A stretch of 64,000 bases of DNA from Marsupella aquatica (lineage: Eukaryota > Plantae > Marchantiophyta): positions 8,825,539 through 8,889,538 of the forward strand of contig OZ316896.1 of assembly GCA_973895155.1 (NCBI GenBank), given 5' to 3'. Positions 11,701 through 27,000 of the stretch are shown here, piece after piece (positions within the stretch are counted from its first letter, which is position 1; each line of letters opens with the position of its first letter). The notes under the pieces are model-generated. The model ran no database searches. It worked only from the letters and a program-made list of their open reading frames with translations, and was not told the DNA's origin. A program made the position numbers and the translations under genes.

Positions 11701-14700
11701 GGGGCCGACTGTTTACTCGACCCTGAATTGAGGCCCGCTGTAGTTCCTGGAACATGTGTTCCCAATCTGCATGCCTCGTAAACTGCTCAAGCACAACTCA
11801 TGTGTGAGCAATAGCTTGTGAGATTGTACAGAACGAAGACTCTAAAACGATACACGAAAAGAAAGTATAAATTGCAGAATAATCCCCAAAGGCTGTTCCT
11901 ACAAGCTTCTGTAGAAAAGCATGAAAAAGTCATCATTTCTAAGGCCTGTTGCAAATGCCAATATTTCACCGACTGTATACACCTGCCAAAATGAAATAGC
12001 CAATAATATAGCGGCTTGTAAATTAAAACAGACGAAACTTAGCAACAGATATGATGAATATACCTGAACCAAGCTGTTGAAAGAAATCATTTGCAGCAGA
12101 CAGGAGAGCATCTAGACCAAGGCAAAGCACATAATAATTGACCTGCAACAGGAAAAGAATGACATTACTTGCTTGGTCCCTAATTTAGAGAACCAGAACA
12201 ACTCCAATTTCAATCCTATGTGGGGAAATTAAATTGCTTGCTTCGATCCGTAAGTCCTGACCAACGGGGTACAAAATGATCCTTGACGAAATGTGCATGG
12301 TAACATCATCAACCTATGGCCAGACCAGGCATGGTGTGAACTGACACGCACAAAACTGACCAACGCATCCTAGCTCAAAATCTGACATCTCAGATGAACG
12401 AACCGAATCTAACAGACCACAGCAACACTAAAGGACAATACTGTCCTTCCCACTAGATACGTACTGGCTTCGGATGAGCATATGGCTCTAGTGGAGCCTT
12501 TTCCCACATATGGAGAACGCTCGGGGATGTCTTGAGCCAGTCATCTTGATACCTGCAGTCAGCATAGTTCTACAATAAGTAACGACAGTCGTCACTGAGC
12601 AGTGAAGTGCATTGTCGCAACTCGACAATGCTTCTAACCTACGATGAAGTATTACACACAACGTCTTCTATCCAACGTTACTATTCATTCACTGGCATGG
12701 CCCCACATCGCAGGCCTTGTACAAACAGCCTCCTTAGTGACAGTCATGAAAAACCTGCCGCATTTTAATGACAGAAGCTTAGCTCAAATGTGTGCTGTGT
12801 TGAATGCTTCAGAATCTAACTTCTGCCTACGGGACACCACTTACAGGACAGCAGCCCCATCTTGAAAGCAAACTGTACATACCCAACAAGCAGCGCAGGG
12901 GTTGGGAGTGCAACTATTGTTGCTCCATAACTGCCACTGTTAGCCTGCAAATCAGAATCACTTGTGCCAGCCTCATCTCCACGGGTTTGATCAGACAGTG
13001 AGTTTTCAATGTTCCTCCCAGTGCCACCTCTGCGCTGGTCAAGGTCTTCCAGACCTCCAGAGCCCTTCAGGCCTCCTAAATTGCTAGTAAGGCCTTGTAA
13101 ATGAGGACCAGTGTCCCCACCTGCCGTAGTTATGGAGCTTGTACCTTCCTTAGAATCGGTACCCATACTGCCGCTTGCATCACCTTGTGCCCTACTGCGG
13201 CACCAATCGGGTGAAGTCAGTGGACCATCTGCATTATTCTCTCCAAACGCTGCTGCGATAGCAATGCGAAAATCTGACTGAAGCAGGTTGGCAACCGTTG
13301 CAGGTGATACCTGATAGACAAAAGACGCAACCGAATCAGAACTTTAATCAATCACAACATATCCAACTTCAACACAATAGAGTGCACAGCAATTTCGGTA
13401 GCACAGTGGTGATTCATCTGCCTTCAGTCTGTCGACCTTGCACCTCGTCGCTGTAAATATGTTTCTCCTAATTTTAGACATACTTGCTAAACTGATGAAT
13501 TCTGGACAACGTGGACATAGATACAGCTGGGAGAAGTTTAGGATTGCCAACACTCTCTACAGATAGACAGAAGCAACTCTACCCTTTACAGCATATGGGG
13601 CCAAAGAAGTACCTCTGCTGCCAATGGATCGATATACTCGATACCGGCATTGTCAAGGCAGTGGCGGATCGAAAACATTCCACCACAGCCAGTGTGGCTC
13701 ATGCTCGGGCCACAACTAGTTCGCAACGTTTGCCATTCTTGAAAAGCTAGCCATCCTAGAGGGCCATCGCCACACTCCCCATCCAGGCCAATGTCAGAGG
13801 AAACTGCAGCCTGTTGTGCCAATAGAGGAATGGCATCTATGACAGTTTGCCAGTTGTTAGGCTTCAAGTCCCCGGTAGTCATGCCTCCTTCAAGTCCAGG
13901 GTTTCCTGTGTCAGGAGAGGCAGAGCTAGAACCAATCCTTGATTCAACCGAGGAATGGACAATCTTTTGAGGTTTTGGGGCCTGAACAGGTCTCCACACA
14001 CCAACCTGAGCACCCCGCAAGCCATCTTGCACATCTTCATCTGCATCTCCGGCAATTCTAGAAGGCAAAGACTTCTTCTTTTGCGCCTGAGGAGGCTTCG
14101 AAGATACTCTACCTAGCTGATCCACTTGACCGTGAGACAATTCTTCCTTCACAGCCCCAACTAGTGTCTTAATACCTCCAGAGCTAGGTGAAGTACTGAC
14201 TGGATGGTTTGCAGAACTTGGCGAAAGGCCACTTTTGGCACAAAGCATTGAAACTTGTACCAGAGCACAATCGAGCTCTGTTGCCAACACAGGACTTGCA
14301 GATTTGTAGGATGGAAAGATTCTAGGGTCAAGCAAGGGCAATGGGCTTTCTCCAATATAGTCTTGAACTAAAGAGGACATTTGAGACTCCAGTAAGGACG
14401 GTCCATTATTATCCAGTCCAACTTCGTGGACTTTCATATATGGTGCACCTCTCATCTTACTTGTCGCCATGCTATCACCATCAATAGAATCCTTTGCTGT
14501 CACATGAACATTTGATGCCTGCCTTGACAAACTTTTCAGGTCACCACATCCTTCAGCACCTACTTTGCTGTCACCGACATCATCCCCATGGTGATGATCA
14601 ACCACTGATTCTATCTTACTATGTAAAACATCTACACTAGTATCCGGGGGAGGAGTAGCACTGTACACATATGCATCTTTCAAACTCTGTTGGTGAGAAG

Positions 14701-17700
14701 TATTACGAGACTCAGGGACATATGTAGATGAAAATGCAACTTCGTCTTTTATAGAGGGTAACTCGACGCGTGCATAGCTAGGTGCAAATAGCATCATCGC
14801 CTCAGCTTTTGACAGCGGGTCAACAGTCACACCTGGTGTTGTGGCAACGGGTGAAAACTGTCCACTACTTTGTAGTTGAAGAGTTTCATTCTTAATCCCT
14901 TTTGAACTCAATTCATTACCATTAGGACCAAGCTGCTTCCCAAAACCCTCCAGTGTGGGGAAGTCAATAATTGGTAAGAGCATAGGATCTGGCCCATCCA
15001 TGCTCATTGCCCCAGGAGTATTTACTCCATCCACAAAATCAAATATAAGTTGAGACTCTGCTGTACCTGGGGGCTGGACAATCCACAACCCATAATGTCA
15101 GAGCCACGTCCCAAATCACAACTACAGAATGCAAAGTAGACATCGATCTTCAACATAACGAAAAGAACCATGGTTATTTGATGTCAGCCAAACGGGACAA
15201 TGATGCCATACTAAAGTTGTCTCTACCAGAGCAGTTATGATGTACCTCTCCAAAATCTAGCCCATCATCTTCAAAAAAATTACCGAAGTCCCCAAAGTCG
15301 GCGAGAATGTCTGCGTCCGTCTGCATGTCCATACCCATACCACCGAGACCTAGACCCATTCCATCATCTGCCCAGTCCCAAGGCGTCCCAGCTTGACTTC
15401 CAGCTCCCCTTGGAGTGCCGGCACCCATACCCAAGGAACCTTGAATACTTAGCTCACCAACATTCCCTGCTCCCTTTTTTGAACCCGAATTACCGACTCC
15501 TTCTAATAATGCAGACATGTCTCCACTTGGACTCATGCTAATCTTCACCATCTTGTTGGGAGGTTCGTCAGGAAGTCCAGTTCCCTTCCCACGATTGCGT
15601 TTAGAACCCTGCAACACATAGAGACATTAGTCAGTCAAATTCACCAAAAAACCTGCTTATGGAGATAAACAGCAGTCAGATTGACTACTGACGCAGTGAA
15701 TAAAACCAGTAGATATGGTGCACGTTTATCATAGTTGCCTGATGGATGCCAATCCCTGACAACAAATGACAGGCATCACACACACGATGTGCATTGTCAA
15801 ATCAAAACTAACTATAGTACACCAAAATCCAATGCCCTAGTACACTGTTCATTGGAAAATATGACTACCCAGTAGCTAGGCCTCTTACAGAATTTGGAAG
15901 TGTAGCATTAACATTTTGAGCCGACTTATGGATGTTTGCTCCCGCGAGCTGCTGCAAGCCTGCTGCCTTTGAGGTCAATGAATCAGCATCTGCCTCAAGT
16001 TCTCCTTCCGCAGTGCCAACTTCACTCTCACTCGAATTACTGCTGCCACTAGTACTGGAACCACTTCCTCGACTACTGCTGCTCTTGATACTGCTCCCAC
16101 CGCTCCCACTGCTGCTGGTACTACTAGAGCTACCACTGCCCTTCTCCAAGCCAGTACCATTCGGTCCAACAACCAGATTTTTCAACTTCTTTTTGCTCGG
16201 AAGAAAATCTCTTGTGTACCTGCAATAGCGGAGACCAAATATGCCAACTTCACTCCACTGAAAAGAACAGTTGCAACCTTGGAGATCAAAAATGCAGGTG
16301 CTTAACGGAGACGAAGATTAAAAATTGATTAACAAAAATTGTGCATCACAATAGCAAGATTTTGAAGGAGAATTTCACTGACCAGTTAAGACCTGAAATG
16401 GCACTATCCTCAAGCCAGTGGGTGCCTGCCCATTCTTGTAACCAGCATCTGCTCAGGCAAGAATATCAGCCAACCTGTGTGATTAAATTTTGCAAAAACT
16501 GGATCTGCATATTATAGTCAGTCGGAACCAACGGAAAACAGAAAACAAAGTACAAAATTGCAGATTGGGATGAGCAATCAAGAAGCGCTATATCTGGAGT
16601 GAAAATAAGATTACCTTCTCAAGTAAGTGCGAGCAGGTATAGGAGGAAGGACTGGAGCCAACACTGCTTCCAATGGATATATTAAAATCTTCCCATCTAG
16701 CGTCTCACCGTCTCCAGCTTTAATTTGACCTTCGTCCTCCCCATCACGAGCTTGGTCCAGGGCTGAATCTACATTTTCCAGTGAACTGGCAGTATTTCTA
16801 GCACTGCCAACTGAAGCCTGTTTTGCTCCACCTTGCACTTGCCCAACCCACACCTCCGCATAGCAAGACTGTACCGCACGTGCTCCATTTGTTGTTGATC
16901 CAACCGCGCGGAAAGGTAGTGATGACGAATTAAAAGCCTGCAGCTTGCTGCAACAGCACCAGCATTGGCAGCACTGGCGGAATCAGCTTGTAGGTCGAGC
17001 CGGCCCAGAATCTGCAGGCCTTCACCCTGAGCCAAGGTTACAGCCATGCTGTTCTTAAACCAGCTGCAAGACCAGTTGTTATCGAGAACGATAACAACTT
17101 CTTGCTGTGACTCTGTATCTAATACAATAGATTTCTCTATGTACGATACATAAGAACCACATGAAAATGTGCTGATCAACGGCTTGCAACAAAGTTGCTG
17201 AAACCAGTTCATTAATTATTACAAAGACCCGAACTGCTAAAGGTAGATGTCCACACCTACCCATCGTTACTACGTCGCATAAATTCATTGTTGACGTGGA
17301 AGTTACTGAGAAATCTGAATGAGGAGATCTGACTCATTTCAATGATGCATCCCTTCACTAATATGCTTCAAAAAATGTGCTCGAAAGAATCGGTCTTGGG
17401 GGTTACATGAGTATGGACGACTAACAGTTTAATGCCAAATTGTATCCGTTCTCTATCATAAAATTACTTGTGTTAGAAACATATGTGTAGTGAAAGAGTC
17501 TGCAGAAAGTATTGAATTAGCGTTCTAGAAACGCCCTTATTTAAGTTCACAAGAATGTTCAGCCGACAGCTTACCTACGCTGTAAGTGAGTCACCAGATC
17601 ACCAGGGCAACATCCGGTGAGGCAACCGCTTGAGCCGTATGGAGCTACAACCACTGCCAGGAACGAGAGCGTTGTCAGATAGATAATGAGTTTATTGAAC

Positions 17701-20409
17701 CTACCAGATTTGAAATTTGTATCAAAGTGCACACTGTAGCTGATTACCATTTGGTATGAAGGCTGTACTAGAAAAGAAACAGGAAACTTATGCGTCAACG
17801 GCAAGTTCCTATTTGTGAAGGGGAATGCGCCAGGTAAAACGTTCGACGCAATTCCTCGAAAGAATACCTGCCAGACTGCGATGGGTCGCATTCTTGCGCT
17901 GATGTGTAAGGGCTGATTGCAGGTCACTGGCAGCCAATAGCCTCACTCTTCTGTAGTGGGATACAGACACTGTCATACTCCACTGATGCTATACGTTTTT
18001 CAAAAGTATACATGTCTACGGAGCTTAACTTGACGTTGGCCACCATTAGGACGGTCCAAGTTCGGAAACATGCACAACTGCGGTGAACAGTGTCCGCAAT
18101 TCTGTCGTCAACTACCCTGATTAAGTCAAGCAGTTACTCTGGAGCATACAATTATGTTGTAGGGAAATAGCAGTCCAGTATCCATAATCATTCCATTAAA
18201 CTGCCAAGACTATCTTTGTAAAACTCAAATTTATCAGTAGGAATTGTGCATATTTAAGACGTTTATACCAAACCATGTCCAATCATGGAATAAGCAATCC
18301 AGTACAGGATGATGGACAGATAATTTACGCACTTTCGTCGCACTATGACATGTACAAACACAGCATCGTCACTTCCCATGAACATCAGTTCACAAGTCGG
18401 TAGAACCTTCCTGAAATTTGCGATCAAGTTTCAAAGTAAGTTTATGTTCACCCCGAAAACTTTTCTGGTACAAAGTTAGAGCTATAACACTAACCAGACC
18501 CTTACTCATTGATTCATGACTTTGTTTCTAGATAATGCAACTCCAAGAAAGGCCACGTATACTCTCTAATCCCAATGAGAAGTCAGCATTGTGGTTAAGC
18601 TAGTGAGTTCACGCAGTAGGGCCAAACAAAGTTCCTCACCTTGATTCAAGAGTTCCATGGCGCCGGCATTTTACGAAAACATCCCCGAATCGAACATATG
18701 ACAGGCCCTTTAGCGACCTGCACATTAAACAATTTACAAGTTAGGAGGACCCGTTTTAAGATGGCCTTTCAGCAGAGATCGTTAGCTAGTCAGCACTCTC
18801 CAGAAGTCTATATGACCAGGTAACCGATGAGCTGATTTTTTTTTGTCGAGATTGCTTCACCAGAAAAGGACTCAACAAAACACCCTTCACCCTCTATCTA
18901 GCTGGACAAGTGTGTCTGCAATAGATCCAAGGACTAGGCATGATTTCAAGAATCCCAGGAATGGCTAACAAGGGTAAACCTTTCTATGCGATTGCGAAGC
19001 GCTTCACAGAAGGCTGATGTCACCTCCTCGTCATCACCAGGAGAACACCACAGTCCAGCTCCCACAACTAGCCACACAGAAGCAAGATTTGATCACGAGA
19101 AAGCAAGTCAGCCCACCAGCGCTACCAATTTACATGTAAAGTGCAAAAAGATTGGAAACATTTGAGTATCGAATCGTTCCATTACTTGACCATTGGCCAA
19201 CTGTGGCTAGCATAAAACACTGGTGGGAAAGTTGACAGGAGGAGGACCATAAATGACCATTGATTGACGGAAAATGATTGACAAGATCCAAAAGCTTCCC
19301 TAGAATACAGGAGGTATGTATCACTGTGTGCAGCAAAGAGATTGATAGGAACGACAGGGACATGCCTAAAAACTCATTTCTTGTGACTTTACGAAAGCAT
19401 ATGAGTCGGACAAAGGCTGCTTTCGACCGTGTTTAAATTGACTTCGAGTATTAGATATTCTTCCCCGCGAATGAATCTAGTTTACAAAAATCGATGAATA
19501 TCTACCGTTATGTTCGAGAAGGACATTTCACTCGGCTACATTTCCCATATTAGATCGACTACAGTATAATGATCGCATACATATGTAGATCTCAATCTCA
19601 CCTTTGAGTCCCACAATATGAGGCTGTAGAGATGGGCTGATAGTCTCGTGTACGCCAGGTGTGAAGATCCAAAGGTTTACTTTGTCATCTGCAAGCATTT
19701 CGATTTTATGATCAAGACAGAAAGAAGATCGAAAACTTCAAGCTTCACAAGTACTGACAATACAATAAATTAACTGCACACCATGTAGAAAATATTTAAC
19801 TCTCAATTTCGTCACCAAAACCGTACTGCATGAATGCTAAGACTTGATGAACTACCTGCAGCAATCGTCCGCGTGAGGTGCCCCTCCTTATGAGCAGGGA
19901 CAGTCCAGCAGCTGAGGTGGCCTTCCTCCTGCAACCGCACATGTGCCATAACAACTGCAATAGCTGCCACATCTTGAAAACCTGCATCCTTCCTGCAGTC
20001 CAGAATGTTACATCACCCTTGAGTACATCAATTTTAGGTTCCTGGATTACTACAACACGAAAACTCAAGTCAGTCATTGCTCTATATCCCTCTCTATGTA
20101 ATTACCTACAGCTTAGAATCAAGTTTCCATCAAGAACCCATGACGCAAATATCAGCTACAGAAAGATCTGAGAAGGGGCCAAACCTGTAGTCTTGCCAAC
20201 ATCAGGAACAGAAAGGAAAGTGGGTGAGGACATTTGTCAATGAGAAGTTTTCAGAACTCGTACTAAGTTGATATAAGCATAGTAGTGTCAGTGGATAGCA
20301 GCTTGAGAACAAAACGAGTAATAATTGCGTAAGTGCACCTGAAACTGGTTGGAGGTACGCGTTCTGCATCTGCAACGAGCTGAAACCATGATACTTGATG
20401 AAGCCCATT
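8720..20409 (-). CDS. MED13: Mediator of RNA polymerase II transcription subunit 13 (CDK8 module), multi-exon; start codon not resolved
   Basis: N-terminal GLHQVSWFQL (exon from 20409), VNLWIFTPG (~19670), GLWCSPGDDEEV (~19040), VVAPYGSSGCLTGCCPGDLV (~17620), large exons ~15070-13610 and ~11345-10270 with LHCCYTWTDDWQWLVSVWTDARGELLD, and C-terminal LSWLTVSPTFLLRHSPLPFHC ending at stop 8720. GT-AG introns throughout. Confidence 0.93.
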
Positions 20410-22642
20410 CTACAAGCAAAATACGAGTGGACTACTCCATCACGACCTAATATTTGCAGGCTCCATGCAAACAACTACAAAAAATATGATTTTCTCAACC
20501 TATCACTATCATAACGATTTAAAATTATGTCCCCCGGGTAATAAATATGCAACATTACATGGCTAATTCCACCGTAAGCCGAGTACAGAAGTAAAACTCC
20601 CTCTCCCACTAAAGGTCGTACCGAATAGTACGTCTGAGCACTGTCGACTGAAAAACCTAAACCCGCAGTCAGGCAGTCAACTGTCAAAATGCCAAATATG
20701 GTGAAGTCAACTGTCAAACGTTGTGGGAAAAAGTCAAGAGCATACAATTCTGAAGATATTGGTGAGCATCTTGGCTCTGTGAGCAGTGTCGACTGGAGTC
20801 GAATCTGGAACAATTAATTAAATTCATTCATAACCACCAGAGGCGGGGATCGGCAGAAGCCAGCACTACTTCTCGTTGATGCTGCCAGATACGCAAACCA
20901 CCACCGAAAAATAATCCAGCGAAGCTCATTCCGTGGCCTGGAAATGAAACGCAGCGCCAACCCTGTGCTACAAAAGCATCAACCCTGTGCCTGCATGACC
21001 GTGCGTGCACAAATGCAATGCTGCGAGAAGCTTGCCGGTGGAGAGCTCTAGGCGCATTGCGGTGGGGGGTGAAGCCGAGAATCAAGCAAAAACATAACCC
21101 CAGAAGTTTGCTTCATCTCCAAACGCCTAACCAAAACCACTAATTCCACAAAGGCCAAGACCACTACTTTCAGAAGCGGCAGCAGGGCCGCTCACAAGGT
21201 CGACCAACCAGCATCAACAAAAATCGCCAACCTGTACAAGTACCGCACTCGGGCTAGCCCGCGAACCCCTTCCGTCTCATTGTTCCTGCCGAGGCCTTCG
21301 TCTTCCAGGCCATGACTCAAAGAACCCCACCTTCACATCCTCCTACCCTACTGAAATCCCAACACAGACCCGCTCCGTTCCCTCTAAACAAGCGAAACAT
21401 TCGTCGCGACGATGTACCACACAGAGCAGCAAACGAAGCTTTTCTCTACCACAATACGGGCTGGCGCCGAGTCTGAGTCCGAGACTGCAACTCCTGTCCT
21501 CACTCACTTTCTCGTCCCTACGTTTGTCAGCATCGTCACCTGACTCCCGATGTATACTCGTTCGACCCGTTGCTTCGATGGCGAGTACTTTACCTTGGCA
21601 GCAGCAGGCAACCACCTCCTATTGATACGCCATTATCCAGTCTAGTTTGCGTGCCTTCCTCAACTCCTCACACCCCATCCCCCGCCCGCCCCCACCTCTG
21701 CCTGCCTATTCTAGTACTCTACTGTACCACACCTGTAGCTCTAGCTAGGTCATGCCAGAATGCATGGTGACAAAATTTTCCTAGGCGCTTCGATGTGCTT
21801 GGTGACGAAGTGACGTACTCTTTCGACTCAAAGATATGCTGAGTGACAATCTGGTTCGAGGCGAAAGACTGCTGCACTGCGATGCGATATGATGCTGCTG
21901 TTGCGACTTACGATCGTTTTCGAGGATCAATTCCACAGTCTTTCAGAGTTGATGGATTCTGCCTTAACCAGTTAACCTGCTCTGCGTCAGTCCGTGCGTC
22001 CTATCGGCGAATCAGGACCAGCAATTAAGACTCGAGACGAATAATTAATGACTCACAAAGACGACCGCTTCCATAGCTTCGCTCTCCATTATTGTCACCG
22101 CCCGTATTCCCTCCAATCCAATGATCCATGGAAGGCTTCATCGTCAACAAGTTCCTCCTTTATGACGATGATAGGGCAGATCGTTTAGAATCATAATCAC
22201 CATGCAGAGACATACAAATGGTCACAAAGACCATATTGATCAATTATTCAAGAGTCACTGGATTAGTATTTGGTGTATATGGTTAAGGACTCTTGCTCTC
22301 ACATAATAAGGTATATTGTAGACCATATATGATGGACCCATGTATGCAAGGAGAGAGGAGGCAAAATATATCATTATGGGATAAGTAAATATTCTTGACT
22401 ACGTGAAACCGTCACTATCCATACCAGGCTCATGATTGAAAGGGTTGATCACAAAGGCTGAACCATTACAAGGCTACTAGGTGTATTAAACCACAACTCA
22501 GGGTATAAAATGACCACCAGCCCAACATGCGGGTTGGGGTCTGGGTGGGGGACCAAAATTTGGGGACCAAAGTAGCTCTAGGGTGACAGGTCTCCCTCCA
22601 TAAACATATATATGAGGAGAGTGGTGTCTCCCTTGGGGCTAG

Positions 22643-22657
22643 GAGCATCTCCACCGG
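22643..22657 (+). mobile_element. Left TIR of a PIF/Harbinger (Pong-like) element
   Basis: GAGCATCTCCACCGG preceded by a 3-bp TAG; GAGCATCTCCA is a typical plant Harbinger/Tourist terminus; lies ~320 bp upstream of the Myb-like ORF1. Confidence 0.55.
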
Positions 22658-22962
22658 AACCTGCAAAGGCCCCCGTAACCTCCATTCTCGCACAAATGGG
22701 GGTCGCGTTTCCCTTTGTGTGTCTCACCGGCACTCTGCAACCTCCAAAAGTATGGAGAGCCTGCAAAACTCCTGACCTGGCCGTTACATATGGTGTCGTG
22801 GCGGTCGAAGTGCCAACCTCCATATGCGGCCCCAGCTTGAATCAACGACAACAGTTGGGACACATGTCAGAATCGGGCATAGCATGCAAGTTCCCACTTT
22901 GGAGCCGGTTTCCCGCACTCGACTGTGAGAGTTGACATGCGACTGGCAATTGTCGTGCAATA

Positions 22963-23768
22963 TTGTGCACAACACACACATCTCATGGACTTGCAGGCGG
23001 GCTTGCAAGTTCAAGACCAAGCAGCATGGCGAGCACTCAAGGCAACAATTACTCAAAATGCGAGTTGAAACAATTGTGCTACAGTGTTCTACATGTTTCA
23101 CAGGATTCATTGGTGGGAACTGGGCAACGACCGAAGAAATTTTGGGACATGGTGGCAGAACATTATCATAAGAACGAAGGCAGGGAATTTGAGACGAGGG
23201 GAAAGAAATCGTTGGAAGGGAAGTGGTCGGACATTAAGCACGACATCCAGAAGTTCATTGGCGCACACCAAGAAATAGACAGAAGGCAAGTTTCAGGAAC
23301 AAATGCAAACGACACGATCAAATTGGCCAAGGAGTACAGGGAAAATCATCCGAAGAAGAAGAGTTTCATGTTCGATTGTTGCTATTACATTCTGAAGGAG
23401 TGTCCCAGATTTATGAATCTAGAAAACGACGTGCAGAAGAGCAAGAGCAAGAAATTTTGAAGTGTTGCCGACAAAGATAGCCCCACTCTCGAGGTGATTG
23501 AGCTTGATGATGTCAAAAATGGTGCTCCAGATCAAATTGATGACACTAAATTGAATCAGTGTTCAAGTCAAAAGAGACCCATAGGAAATCGGGCTACCAA
23601 AGATGAGCTCAAGAGGCTGAAGAGCCACGACGATGCTCTGAAAATGTCAGCACAAGCTCAAAAGGAAATGGCGGTTGCTAATACCATGCATAGCATTGCA
23701 TACCAGAATAATTCAACACTGTCAATGCTTTTGTTTCCTATCAATAGAATGAGTGAGATAGGCAAAAT
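22963..23768 (+). pseudogene. Pong/Harbinger ORF1 (Myb/SANT-like plus NAM-associated domain), internal stop, interrupted by a LINE
   Basis: VSQDSLVGTGQRPKKFW...SLEGKWSDIKHDIQKF...SGTN...FMFDCCYYILKECPRF, stop at 23458-60, then KRPIGNRATK. Confidence 0.8.
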
Positions 23769-24099
23769 CAATCAAATTGATGAGCAAGGTTGCTCATCAC
23801 ACTACCACAATTTCTACACCAATTCCTCCAGGGAATCAGTTGCATCATTCTATGTCAAAGTCAAAGTCAAATTCTAAGCTCCACGACGACCCAATGAGTC
23901 AAGGGAGCTGTGGCAAAAAAAGCCACATACAAAGCAAAGAAATGAGTCAAATGCTCATGTGAGGATCTCTACATCCTCAGTAATAACAAACTAAGGACCC
24001 TAAGAGTCACTAATGTGTAATGCTATCATATCATTTCCTATCCATTGCCATGATATACAATCCAAGTTGCTTTGGTGGCAACCTAAATAGATCATGCAG

Positions 24100-27000
24100 A
24101 TCAGAAACAAGGATTTGATGTGCTACTCGAACCTCCTCATACCGTCTACATGCTATGAATACATGATAATTATTCATTCTCAATGCTACCACTATCACAA
24201 AGTCTACACACCCTATCCTGCCTCCTAATTCCCTTCCATCTACCCTCCTCTACCTCCAAGTGATGTGAGTTGAGTCTATATCTAGCAATCACTTGTCTCA
24301 ACCTCATAGAAATGGGAGCTCTAAGATACTCTTGCTCTTCATACAACATCACGGGGTTTACATCCCTCATAAATATTGTAATCTAGGGCTAGGATCACTC
24401 TAAAGTTTTCTAATAGCTTTATCACGCAAGAGTGATCAAAGCTTCTTTGGTTGAGTATGTCATTCATGCTCAGATAAGTCCCATGATTGGGCCCAGTTAT
24501 ATACATCAGCATACCAACCAAAAGCTCTAGATATGTGAAAGGCTTGCGTAGGTAGCCTAGAATCATTCAACACCTCCACTCTCCTAGCATATTGAAGAGT
24601 GTGATAGAGATCTTCGACCTCCAATGGTAGAAGATCTGCCTCAGTCAATAAGAAGGGGTATGGGGTTTGGGTTTTCACTCCAAGCTCCATCTCCAAGAAA
24701 AGCTTTTGGATGGCCTCTACCTTTTTCCAACAAGATTGAGAAGTAGAAGGGCCCCATACTTGCACCCCATAAAGAATAACAGGCCTTACCAAGGAATTGA
24801 AGAGTTGTTTCTTCAACTTCCAAGTGGAAAGACTTGCTCCCTTGCACTTCTAAACCATGATGTAGAAGGCCTTGTAACCAGGAGTCACCCTATGCGTCAC
24901 ACATGTAACCCAACTCATGCTTCGGGAAAACTCCACCCCAAGATACTTGTAAGAGGTCACCATCTCCACCTTTTCCCCTGCAAAATAGAGAGAAAGCTCT
25001 TGCTTTGTACCAAGAACAAGGCACTTGGTCTTCTTCATGTTGACCTGCATGTCTGATTGTTTGCAAAAATGCTCTAGGGCTAGAAGATGTTGTTGCAAAT
25101 CAGATTGGGAGTGAGCTAGAAGCACCACATCATCTGCAAATATAAGAAGTTGGATGGCCAATGTTCCCAACTGAGAACTTACGCCTCCCATCTCCTCTAG
25201 CAAATCATGTAGCTGGTCAATGAAGACCCCAAAGAGCGTTGGAGATAGTGGGCAGCCTTGGATCACACCAAGTGTGCTAGGAACCTCCTCATAGCTACTA
25301 CCAGAGAATTTAATCACTACCTTTTGATACAATTATGCAATAGCTATTCTCATTTCAAGAGGAACTTCGAGACTAATCAACCTCTCCCAAAGCTTGTGTC
25401 TACAAACCCTATCAAATGCTTTGGAGAAGTCTACAAACAAGCAAAATAGAGGTAGCTTGAGTCTTTTAGCCCTCTCCTCTAACACTCTAAGGCAAAGCAT
25501 GTGATCTAGAGTACTGAAACCTGCCTTAAAACTAGCTTATGATGATGCTCTTTTCATGTGTTTTTCAACCCAAGAACTAAGTCTAGCTTGTAGTAGTCTT
25601 CCTAGAACTTTAGCAAAAATACTAGCTATCATGATAGTCCTATAGTTGCTCACCTCATTCTTAGAGCCTCCCTTGTGAATAGGTACAAATCTCCTTGTAC
25701 TCCAATCTGGAGGTAAGCCACCTTGGACCACTTGATTCAAACATGTAGTGAGTGCTGATACCAAAGAAGATTCACCCCATTGTAGGAGCTCCACTGTGAA
25801 CCCTTGCAAATCTGCAGCCTTGCCCTTTTGCATTCTAGATAGTTGAGTTTGCACCTCTATATCTGAGAATTGAATAGTTTCCCCAATCTCCAAAGATATG
25901 GAAGTAGCTTCAGGATAGAAGTAGAGAGACCTCACATAGCTTACCAATGTTTGTTGCTCCAAGCAAGGGTTTTTTTTCACTTGAAATCTCTTCCAAAAAT
26001 CTTTAGGATTCTCTTGAAGTTCTTGGGAAAGCACTTGTTGATGTTCCCTCATGAAGCATCTCTTCTTGTGCTTCACAAAGTTACTATACATTCTCAATGC
26101 AAGTAACTTTACATCTTCAGGTTGTGCCATGGCCCTCCTTCTAGCTTCTACACACTCTTCATCAAACCATGCTTTCATGGTTTGTTTTGTGGACAATAGT
26201 CTTTTAGAGAATACAGTAGTAGCTGCCTTTGCTATCAGTTGTGATAGTTCCAACACATTGGAATGTGTTGGTAGTAAGGCCTCAATCTCCTCTCTAAATA
26301 CATTAGCCTTATCATGATCCAGGAAGAGTCTAGAAATATATGTCTTTTCCTTGTTATCCCTTCTCTAAAACTTGTGGCCAAATCTAAATGAAATAACAAG
26401 GGCAGATGTGAAGACTCTGGTTGTTGATCAAGTATTCTAAAATCAATCACTCTACTAGCTGAAGATGGTGATGTTAGGAGATAATTAATGGTGCTATATT
26501 CTTGGCTTGATCTAAATGTATAACCTGATGAATGAGGAAATTTTTCAAGCCCATTCAATATTCTCACATTACAAGAAGCTCCTAGTGCAGAAAATGGGGT
26601 GTCATATCATTTACCCTAGTATTTATAGCTTTTCGCAACCAAGATGAGTCTTCATTGCATGATATCCAAAGCAATGCCCCCAAATCTCCACTATCAATGA
26701 ATTGTTGGTGAGACACTCTAGCATTAAAGTCTCCCACTATCCACGTCTCTCCTAGTATAGACACATCATGTATAACTTGAATCAAGTTATATATGGAATG
26801 AATATTGTGCATTAGCAATTCTCATCTTGTACACATTCATGCTAAGTGGGGCAAAATAGGTGGCAATTAGAAATGATGGAGTACCTCTAGTATGTAGTCT
26901 CATCACCGTGAATTGCTTGCTTGGATCTTCATGGTCAATAGATGTCATGTGTTGAAGAGGTTCTTGGTGTAGACTGCAATACCTCCAAACCCTCTTCCCC

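Noticed and set aside
9450-19999. Plus-strand ORFs overlapping MED13
   Set aside because: Antisense shadows of MED13 exons or intronic chance ORFs.
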